Part shown: positions 1 through 8,980 of the stretch, piece after piece
How positions within the stretch are numbered: the first letter of the stretch is position 1
Layout: each line of letters starts with the position of its first letter
Assembly: GCA_030141605.1 (NCBI GenBank)
Contig: JAQGDQ010001912.1
Span: forward strand, 1-21,222
DNA from: Tubiluchus corallicola
Lineage: Eukaryota; Animalia; Priapulida
Length of the DNA stretch: 21,222 nt
Reading direction: 5' to 3'
Translations under genes and position numbers: made by a program
The notes under the pieces: generated by a model
Told to the model about the DNA's origin: nothing
Databases searched by the model: none
What the model saw: the letters and a program-made list of their open reading frames with translations, nothing else

Positions 1-695
1 TGTAAAATTTAATGTTTTTTTTGTAATATTGTTTTGTAAAATATTTTAATATTGTGTTTGCAAATTTGTAAATATGTTCATTTATTGTATATAATTAGGC
101 CTTAGTTTTACACTTTAGTTTTTTTTAGTCTGCACTGGACGCATTTGTCTTGAACAGTGTTGTTTTTAACATTACGCTGAGGATTACTCAATTTTATAAT
201 ATAAACTTGTATACTAAAATATTAAATGAAATTTTTATTATTATTGTGAACTATAAAACTTTTAGCAAAATCATAACTATCTCGAAACACTGCCCTCTAT
301 TTTACTGCTTTTCATTAAAATCATTAAGTGCTTGATATTACATCTGGTACCGATTCTGCTCAGCTGTACTACCAAAGCGGTAAACCTCTGAGGCAGGCTG
401 CGGCGGCTTCGAATTTATTAAACATCCATGGTTGTTCAGGCGGTAGTACAATTATAGGCTTATAGGCTACGTCTTACGATGTTCGATTCTCAAGCGTACG
501 AAACTTAGAAATTTAAAGTTTAAACACAGCTATTGTAAGGCCCGCAGTCTTAATTTCTTTAAATTCTGTTTTAATTACATCAGTTGGAAATTTCTTATTA
601 ACAACGTCGTGTCTTTTTACAATTCAACGGATGGGTTAGCATTGAACCACATTACTCTGCCGTTATGGCAGTTGCTGTTGTTTATAGCCATCTTG
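1..695 (+). repeat. Left arm of a long inverted repeat, pairing with 1059-1750; bases 1-~630 are also a direct copy of 10484-~11112
   Basis: 1-30 is the reverse complement of 1721-1750 with one mismatch. The same 61-aa ORF appears at 150-335(+), 1424-1609(-) and 10633-10818(+). The arm ends at CATCTTG 689-695, pairing with CAAGATG 1059-1065, and probably extends left of the window. Confidence 0.95.
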
Positions 696-1090
696 TTCTT
701 AATTCTTAACACCAGATTGTTCTGCAGACGATACAAACCTATTTTTATCACAGGAGGACAAATGTTAACATATTTTAGATTTTGCAATAAGAAGATTTTA
801 AACACTTTAGCATTGATCAAGAAATAAATTTACTTGGGGCATTGCAAGTGTAAGCAGGGAGTCGTGGCATAGAGGTGAGTAGAATCAGTTTACTTGGACG
901 TGTGATTCATTGAATACGATGATAAAGGCCTGACGTCGCGCGCGTTATAACGTATTGAAATTGCTACACCTTCTTGGTTACATTCCAGACCTCAGAAAGT
1001 TCGGAAGTAATATTTTGTCGCTTGCAAACTTTCATTTTCAAAGTAATATTTTACGAAGCAAGATGCCTATAAACAACAACCACCATAACG
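687..1090 (+). repeat. Direct duplicate of 7840-8239 (3' part of the RT remnant plus a putative host promoter and ATG), forming the palindrome spacer
   Basis: Both copies start GCCATCTTGTTCT and end CACCATAACG. This copy has many single-base indels relative to 7840-8110. Confidence 0.93.
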
Positions 1091-3300
1091 GCAGAGTAAT
1101 GTGGTTCACTGCTAATCCTGTTTTCTATCCGTTGAATTGTAAAAAGACACGACGTTGTTAATAAGAAATTTCCAACTGATGTAATTAAAACAGAATTTAA
1201 AGAAATTAAGACTGCGGGCCTTACAATAGCTGTGTTTAAACTTTAAATTTCTGAGTTTCGTACGCTTGAGAATCGAACATCGTAAGATGTAGCCTATAAG
1301 CCTATAATTGTACTGCCGCCTGAACAACCATGGATGTTTAATAAATTCGAAGCAGCCGCAGCCTGCCTCAGAGGTTTACCGCTTTGGTAGTACAGCTGAG
1401 CAGAATCGGTACCAGATGTAATATCAAGCACTTAATGATTTTAATGAAAAGCAGTAAAATAGAGGGCAGTGTTTCGAGATAGTTATGATTTTGCTAAAAG
1501 TTTTATAGTTCACAATAATAATAAAAATTTCATTTAATATTTTAGTATACAAGTTTATATTATAAAATTGAGTAATCCTCAGCGTAATGTTAAAAACAAC
1601 ACTGTTCAAGACAAATGCGTCCAGTGCAGACTAAAAAAAACTAAAGTGTAAAACTAAGGCCTAATTATATACAATAAATGAACATATTTACAAACACAAT
1701 ATTAAAATATTTTACAAAACAATATTACAAAAAAAACGTTAAATTTTACAAGACATATTTTACACTATATATACATTTAACATGACACAACAGAAACATG
1801 TTTTACATTACATAATTTTTTTTTAATTTTACATTTTTAATCGTTTTTAGGGGCGGGGGTAGATGAAAATTGGTCTGTGTAATTAGTATTCAACTTCAAC
1901 ATTGTGCATCTGATACTAATTGAACCTTATACTTCCACATTGATACATCTGAACCTTATATATATTAATCCCATACCAGCGAAATTAATATATACGATTG
2001 GGACAACTTGAAAATAGTAAAATTAATAACATTCAAAACACGGAAAGATATAATTATGGTATCTAAAATTGTGCGTAACTTTAAAGTTTCCAACTGCCGC
2101 AAGACCTACCTCAGTCCGAAAATCGTAAAATGATTACTTCGCCTATGTCTCTCACACCTGCCCCCGACAACACTAAATTAAAACATGCTGTCCTGATAGA
2201 CCGAAATATTTCCTAAACACCACATTTAAATCTGTGGCTCGATTGGCAGTGTGACTATCATTGTTTCTACAGCACAAACTGTGTAATGAGGTAGGCTGCT
2301 GTACGAGAGGGTGAGTTGCTAATTGCTGGCTTAGTTTACTAGGTTGGGTTGATAAAAATCAAAGTTTATATACAATAAAATGAATTCAGTATTCGTAAAT
2401 TGAGTAGGATTTAGGTTATAAAAGCTTATATTATATTATGTTTAGTTTGATTAAAAGTCAGTATTACTATTGTATTCACCAGATGTCTTAGTAAACGCAA
2501 CATACAAGCGTCTGTAATGTATTAGTTAAACAAATACTGAACAATTCTGACAGGAGAAATAATTATAAAGATGTAAAAAAATTACAAAACAATACAGAAA
2601 ATTGGAAAAATAGAGGTAGACTACGCTACTAGTACTAAGAATAAGCCCTGAAAATGATTTTCACCAACATGAAACTCAAATTGTCATTAATGATAAACAG
2701 GACAAGGCAAGTTTACACTAAGTAGACCTGTATGTCTTCGAATGAACATAAACTTTTCAGGTAGAAATTTTAAAGAAAAATCTGTAAGGCGGTTAAGAAA
2801 GGAAAACCGTCAGCACTTAAACTGTTTGTGGTGTGCTAAAGGAAAGGACAAGTCACTTGCCATGATAGGTTTATTTTACTGTCATCACTTGAACTTAAAA
2901 AACGAAACTGGCCATAAAGCATAAATCTAAAATGTACTAAATCTGAATAGAAATTTTCAGACGTGGTGGTTGCTGCCATTCACTTGAAAATCATGACGTA
3001 ACTAAGAGACTACGCGATTCTTTGTAAACGCTTTGTGCATTTCCGTAAGCTGCTTAAACTAATTCAACCTTCTGCAGCCTGATATTTACGCAAAAATGTT
3101 ACAAAATTGGCTATCTAAGTTTTTTGTAGAAACTGTTTATATTTTTGGTAAAGATTGGCAGTGCGCAACTTTTCTTAAGGCGAATGACATCATTGAAGGA
3201 AGAATAGGCTTTGAAAGTAGGAGCACCCAAGCATGAAGTACCGTATTTATTCGAGTATGACGCGCAAAATTTTCTACCTAAAAAGAACTCAAAGTTTGGG
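1086..3300 (-). repeat. 2.2 kb inverted duplication of 8921-11156
   Basis: Continuous near-identical reverse-complement match from TAACG (1086-1090 / CGTTA 11152-11156) to AAAGTTTGGG (3291-3300 / CCCAAACTTT 8921-8930). Confidence 0.95.
3241..3300 (-). mobile_element. Truncated end of the Tc2/pogo-like MITE, carried within the inverted duplication
   Basis: TA|CCGTATTTATTCGAGTATGACG is the reverse complement of the right end of the 8577-8980 MITE. Similarity stops at 3300. Confidence 0.8.
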
Positions 3301-4071
3301 GCAGATTTTCAATATTTAGTGATTTCTAGCAATAGGTGGCGCAAGTGTAGCTTTTTTACCGGGAAAGACTGCGCCATATTAAGCCGTCTGCAACAATTGC
3401 ATGAAGTAATGCAGTAGGTGATTTGTTTGTTATTATCATTGACATTTGAGTAAGACTGCTTGTTTATCAGCGTGTGCTAACAAACGGTAGGCCTAACGAA
3501 CATGAGTACTAAAATTAAATAATTAAAATGAAACCTATTAGGAAAGTGTGCTACAAGAACATTTGATTCTAAAAACCTAACATTTAGAATCATGATCATG
3601 ACAATACACTGTATTAACAGTATAATGACAACTACTGTATTATATTGAATTCTTAAGCCGTGCTTATGTGAATGATAATTAATTGATATAAATATTTATT
3701 AGACAAATTTTGTATCTTTAAAAATTCAGTTAACTTTCAAATTAAGCACAAGAAAACCATCCACTTACATAAAAACTTTATACCACTTACATAATGCCTT
3801 TTTGCATGCGGGGCTTGCAACGACATTAATACAGACCATTAGGCACAGCCATTTTAATGGGTCATTTGATACAGGCTTAGATAAAAATAAGAATAAAGAT
3901 ACGTTTTTGATTAGTGACTGGCACACCCAGGATGGGGGGCAGCAATTTTTTACCAATTGGCATGAACACAATTCAACGTTGCCTTTTCTTCACCTGATTT
4001 GCGTTTGCATAAGTGACGTCATATAATGGCGCCATCAAAACAGTATTGCGGAAGATTTAAAATGAAAACAA

Positions 4072-4163
4072 GCAAAAATTGCTTTTAACGTGAGTACGAT
4101 ATAAATTGTGCAAAAATTGCTATAACGTGAGTACGATATAAATTGTGCAAAAAATTGCTATAA
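4072..4163. repeat. Tandem repeat, 37-38 bp unit, about 2.4 copies
   Basis: GCAAAAATTGCT(A/TT)TAACGTGAGTACGATATAAATTGT starts at 4072 and 4110, with a partial unit at 4147. Confidence 0.9.
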
Positions 4164-5415
4164 AGTAATATAAATTTTTAAAGTGACATTTCTCAAACCT
4201 ACTTCCGGCCCTCCTTTTCTTGTCCTTTAAATTGTTAGTGACCTTTGACAAAGAAGTTTTTTGATAAATTGTATAAGGGCGAACAATAATGCCCGATCAT
4301 TGGAGCTGCGACTTTGGTGTGCACAAGTTCTGATCACTGAATTTGCTAGTATTCAGATAACTGGAGCAGCCATTAAAATATGCTGCGCTCGAATGAACTC
4401 GCACCTGAACTGGCACCAGCACAACGTCAAATAAATTCCCGAGTCAGATACTCCTGTTTTGCAATTGTGTGTATATGCTGGGCATGCACGGTAATAAAAT
4501 TATTGAAAAGGTCTTCCGTCTTGTCTTCCTGCCAGGTAAGTCTCCTTTGCGTTTCTGCGCAAGCGCAGCATTTCTTACTATTTGACACGTAACTTCACAT
4601 TGAGCTTGCTCTTTTCATACTACATTTAAAATAATGTGGAGTGCAAGTCGCTGCAACAGGACGTGTCCACAATGTAGTGTAAGCCGTAGTTAAGACCAGA
4701 GAATCATAGATAACCATTGTTCATTACTAATTGGGATTCACTTGATAGTGGTGTGATGCTGCACACGCCTGACCAGAAAACGGATAAACGCTTTTCTATA
4801 AATGTACAATAAATTAATGCAGTTTATACTTTCCATTATAAGTAAGTAACAGTCGATTCTTGCCATGTCTAGACATGCTACCAACCTAAGATGTTGGAGC
4901 ACCTACTGAAAAATGCACGATTGAGAAAAAATGGGGAACAAAGATTGACAGGAAACTGTATTTATTGAGCGGGCGCCTGGTATTCAGAAAATCACAGAAT
5001 TACACCTATATTTTAAAATATCTTACTGTCATTTAATGCATTTGTCAAGTATTTAACAAATGTTGCTGTTCTTTAAATGAATTTTTGTACTTGTGCTGCT
5101 AGTTTAGTTGTGTATTTAGCAATATGTGAAATATTAGGAAGAAGATGTTTAATGCGGTCTGTAATTTTAGGTACTTGCAGATAAAAACGAAGCCAGGGTT
5201 ACCAGCGTGAAATGATAATTGATACTTCATGATAATTGTGGTTATGGCGGCCTAGAGATTTAACATGAAAAAACTACCGGCACTGGACCTTGAGTTTATC
5301 AGACATTAAATTTACCCGACATTATATTAATTAATAACTTGACACTTAGCAGCGCCGTGTTTTATACACTTCGGCGGATAGAAAACAGGATTAACCGTGC
5401 ATCACATTACTCTGG

Positions 5416-5610
5416 CGTTAGAGTACACACTATGATTGGAATTGATATATTTCGCACTCGCGTTAGAGTACACACTATAAAAATTTTTGCTGCTCAATAT
5501 CTGAAACAGTACGTGTACTCTAACGTCCGCGTAACAAGAACAATTAACAACGTCGTCTTTAATCCCAGGCTAACTATAAAAATACCCTAGCCGCCACGGT
5601 TTCACCACTA
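5416..5610 (+). promoter_or_regulatory. Putative Pol II promoter of cargo gene A: CGTTAGAGTACAC motif array, TATA box and Inr-like site
   Basis: Motif at 5416 and 5461, inverted at 5513. TATAAAAA at 5575-5582, followed about 25 bp later by TTTCACCAC. The same layout occurs in copies B and C. Confidence 0.6.
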
Positions 5611-5655
5611 CCTCAAAAAACGTCATTACAACAAGAAGTTGGTTTATCTTTCAAG

Positions 5656-6311
5656 ATGCGTTTAATCCTGTTATTTGGTGTTCTTTCGGTTTGTCCTTTG
5701 GTTTTCGGAGGCAAAAACAATATTTCGAAGGTAATAAATATTTTAACAATCACTAAGCCTACACATTAGCATTCATTATCAAAATATCTAAAACTGCTGA
5801 TTTAAGTCTAAAGTTTTCTGAATAACATGTTGGGTTTAAAATGAATGTAAATGAAATGAAGAATAATTTTCCATGTTGTTTGAAAAATCTTTGTTTTTTT
5901 AACAAAAATATGTCTATGTTACAGAGAATGGAAGAATTGCAATTGAATCCAGCATGCCATAGACGACATGAACCAGCAGATCCAGAACAACAGCCACAAG
6001 AACAACAGCCACAGCCACAAGAACAACAGCCACAGCCACAACAACAACCACAACAACAAGAACACCAACAACAAATCCTCGCACAATTCATGGCACACGT
6101 GCAAACACAACTTGAACGAATTTCACACATACAGCAACAGCAACAATTACAACAACAGCAAAACCACTACCAGCAAATACATCAACAAAATCAACAACAC
6201 AGAAACAGACAATACAGACAACGACCATACTTTCCACAAAGACGGCGCCCAACCAGAGGGAACAATTGTAGATGTGGAAAAACTGTTTACAATTTCTATA
6301 ACTCACAATGA
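5656..6311 (+). CDS. Two-exon gene (5656-5730 + 5925-6311), 153-aa putative secreted Gln/Arg-rich peptide precursor, copy A (intact)
   Basis: Exon 1 encodes MRLILLFGVLSVCPLVFGGKNNISK (signal-peptide-like). Donor AAG|GTAATA, acceptor TTACAG|AGAATG, phase 0, in frame with ORF 5841-6311. Exon structure is conserved in three copies with frame-preserving indels and synonymous changes. AATAAA at 6514-6519. Confidence 0.8.
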
Positions 6312-7717
6312 GGAAAAGCTGTGACGAAGTACACCACTTCTGCATAAAATAACCAACAGGCCCTTTTCAGGGCCACAAAATTTATCCGAAAGAAAATTCT
6401 GATTTTGCAAATTCAACTCAATTTTGCAAAATTTAATTTTAAACTTTAATTCAAACACAATATTTTTTATTTTTGTTTCCTTCATAACAATAATATACAA
6501 ATTGCATATGTCAAATAAAACTTAGTTTTAACCGTTTAGTGGTTAATATTCAATCAAATAATATCGTTTTGAACGTATTGGCCATTATTTGCCTCTATAT
6601 GCTGTAAGCTGAGAACTCATACACAAGTTATATATAGCCAAAACGCAGTACGGCTTTGATTTGGTGCGAAAAACAAGAAAATAGTAACTGCGAAAAATGA
6701 TAATAATTAACAAACAACAATATGTGAAGACATACTATTACTGGTTTTCAAAATATTATACTTAATGCAAACCTATTTTATTTTCTCTCGATTGCTGTGA
6801 AAATAACAACTTTGAGTACGCGCTATAAAAACGTTTGCTGCAAAACAGGATTAGCCTTGCGCGCTGGCGTTAGAGTACACACTATATAGATTTTGCTGAA
6901 TTAAAGCTATAAGCAATAATGGATGACGTCAGAATAATGCCTTTGCGTCGGCAGTTTTCTAAGCGAAAATTGCCGAAAATAGAACTCCTAATTAACTCGT
7001 CGGTACTCCTCTCAGTGGACCTGCCCTAAAATATAGCCCACATCATCGTGTAGCCCCGTTCTTCCTCTTTCTGATGAGCTATATATCTCCTTCCCAGAGT
7101 CCCACCGGGCGACGCTAGAACGTTTTTCCCGCAGGCTGTTTGGCCGAAATTTCGAAAAAATCGCGAGTTGGGTCCAGGAAAACGCCCGTTGCGGGGCGCC
7201 CTGGCCCTCTCACGAATTCTAAACATGCCTACTACAACCACCGCTAAACGGGCTATCTATCCATACCCAGTACCACCCTCGGCCCATTCCCGTTCTTCAG
7301 AAATAAGTTCTGCAGAAAACGGCCGAAAAAGGGCCATTTTTGGAGGTTTTTCGCCCCCCCCCCTCCTCCCGGTGGGCCCGATTCGAAAAATAAACCATCA
7401 ATGGCACGACACTAGATCGAGACCTTTCGTTTGATGTATAGATTGCCGCAAATGGTGCCCTCGTCGAAGCTGTAGCCTCGAACCTTATATATTAAGATAC
7501 CAAGCTAATAAACCTACAGGATTTTTATTTAGATTTAATATTTTCTTTCAAACTTCACAAAGTTCATATACACATCACAAATTAATACAAATAATACAAT
7601 AAATCATAAAACATAACAATAACACAAATAATAATTAACGATATAACAAACTACGCCAATGACATCTAACTACAGAAGTAAAGTTTGCATCACTGTTTAA
7701 AATGTTCTTGCATATAA

Positions 7718-7984
7718 AATAGAAGGAAACCGTTTACGTCTATTGACTTATCAGAGTCTAAACTTGCTGATATAACCTGTGGTGGCCCACAGGGTTCTAC
7801 ATTGGGTCCATTGTTATTTCTTTTATATATTGATGATCTGCCATCTTGTTCTCAATTTAACACCAGATTGTTCGCAGACGATACAAACCTATTTTTATCA
7901 CAGGAGGACAAATGTTAACATATTTAGATTTTGCACAGAAAGATTTAAACACTTTAGCATTGATTCTAAGAAATAAATTTACTT
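7718..7984 (+). mobile_element. Degenerate non-LTR retrotransposon (CR1/L2/Jockey-type LINE) reverse-transcriptase fragment
   Basis: Translates NRRKPFTSIDLSESKLADITCGGPQGSTLGPLLFLLYIDDLPSCSQFNTRLFADDTNLFLS, matching the LINE RT motifs GVPQGSxLGPLLF and (Y/F)ADD (FADDT at 7871-7885). Stop at 7916-7918, then a frameshifted QKDLNTL...NK. Confidence 0.9.
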
Positions 7985-8211
7985 GGGGCATTGCGGCAAG
8001 CAGGGAGTCGTGGCATAGGGAGGTGAGCAGAATCATGTCACTGGACGTGTGATTCATTGAATGATGACGATGAAAGGTCTGACGTCGCGCGCGTTATAAC
8101 GTATTGAAATTGCTACACTCCTTGGTTACATTCCAGACCTCAGGAAAGTTCGGAAGTAATATTTTGTCGCTTGCAAACTTTCATTTTCAAAGTAATATTT
8201 TACGAAGCAAG

Positions 8212-8433
8212 ATGCCTATAAACAACAACCACCATAACGTTACTGTAGTATGTAAAACAGGGAGGGTCATTCGAAGACCACAACAAGAAATTCAGGGCCA
8301 GCCAAGAGGCAGATTGCCCACTCGAGGATCACACCAGCTAAGAGACAGACCACCAACACAAAATTCACGGCAGGAAGTGCCAGTTAGACTACCCATATTA
8401 TCCGGAAGCGGAACAGGACCTTCGTCTGTCAAC
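8212..8433 (+). CDS. Candidate first (or internal, from 8261) coding exon of an unidentified host gene
   Basis: CAAG|ATG start with an open frame MPINNNHHNVTVVCKTGRVIRRPQQ...SGTGPSSVN ending at the consensus donor AAC|GTAAGT (GT at 8434). More GC-rich than its flanks. CpG-rich TGACGTCGCGCGCG and CGGAAGT motifs lie upstream. The other two plus-strand frames contain stops. Confidence 0.45.
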
Positions 8434-8576
8434 GTAAGTTATTATTCGTTTAAAAGAAAAGTCAAGCCTTCTAGGAGGTTAGGCCTATTTCAATGTTCGC
8501 GATAACCACTAGAAGGATTTAGAAATAAAACTGCAATAAGCGCTTCCTGTAACTAGTAAAATCACTTTTGCGATTA

Positions 8577-8980
8577 CCGTATCTATTCGAGTATAACGCG
8601 CACACGTGTATAACGCTCACCCCCTAATTTTCGATTAAAAATCGGTGTAAAACTTTGTTTCACTTTTTCTCGGCTCAGACCAAGCATTGTAAGTGACAAA
8701 CGTTGTTAAACACGTGCGGCCATGGTAAAAATCATTTATTGACAAAGTAAAGTAAATTATGATAATTGTGCAAAACATGCAATGCTTAACTCACGTTGCA
8801 GTGTGGGCGAGGCACCGTCTAGACATTGCACCGTCTGACAAAGTCTGCTAATGAGTCATTGCACAAATAATATATTGGTACATCTAAGCGTGTCACCCCA
8901 ACCCTCGTTTATAACGCACACCCAAACTTTGAGTTCTTTTTAGGTAGAAAATTTTGCACGTCATACTCGAATAAATACGG
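8577..8980. mobile_element. MITE, Tc1/mariner superfamily (Tc2/pogo-like), 404 bp with TA target-site duplication
   Basis: TA|CCGTATCTATTCGAGTATAACG ... CGTCATACTCGAATAAATACGG|TA: terminal inverted repeats beginning CCGTA and flanked by TA. Internal TATAACGC(G/T/A)CAC repeats. Confidence 0.85.

Larger units (their letters stand above)
5345..7497 (-). mobile_element. Non-autonomous gene-carrying repeat, copy A (Helitron-like 5' end at ~7497 on the minus strand)
   Basis: Collinear homology with ~11080-14742 and ~16254-18784. The minus strand begins A|TCTTAATATATAAGGTTCGAGG, resembling Helitron 5' TC plus TATAT ends. No transposase or RepHel ORF is present and no clear hairpin+CTRR 3' end was found, so the superfamily is tentative. 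Confidence 0.6.

Noticed and set aside
150-335. 61-aa ORF repeated three times (also 1424-1609 and 10633-10818)
   Set aside because: TTG start, AT-rich and no protein-like features. The identity reflects recent DNA duplication, not coding constraint.
355-495. Possible tRNA-derived SINE (A-box-like GCTCAGCTG, B-box-like GTTCGATTC)
   Set aside because: Box spacing is too long, no cloverleaf can be formed, and there is no tail or TSD.
4380-4541. Plus-strand exon ending at CAG|GTAAGT (~4533-4541), with CRE/YY1/ETS-like motifs at 4013-4210
   Set aside because: A consensus donor alone is insufficient. There is no convincing acceptor, recognisable peptide or partner exon.
5841-5924. N-terminal part of ORF 5841-6311 (MNVNEMKNNFPCC...) and its equivalents at 11667 and 16683
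   Set aside because: It lies in the inferred intron (T-tract and TTACAG acceptor). The upstream signal-peptide exon behind a TATA box explains the gene better.
5759-6345. Cys-rich, Leu/Trp-rich and Asn/His-rich ORFs overlapping the Q-rich exon (also 11764-12099, 11828-12076, 16770-17030, 16999-17316)
   Set aside because: These are alternative-frame and antisense shadows of CAA/CAG repeats, not metallothionein-like genes. The synonymous-change pattern favours the Gln frame.
7071-7150. Hammerhead-ribozyme-like CTGATGA...GAAA
   Set aside because: No proper stem II, and the core is replaced by TTGTAAAGAG in the copies at ~14481 and ~18312.
7026-7434. Recurrent ORFs in the GC-rich module (also 14439-15051 and 18269-18644)
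   Set aside because: Ends and frames differ between copies, the plus-strand ORFs start at TTG, and there are no transposase or RepHel motifs.
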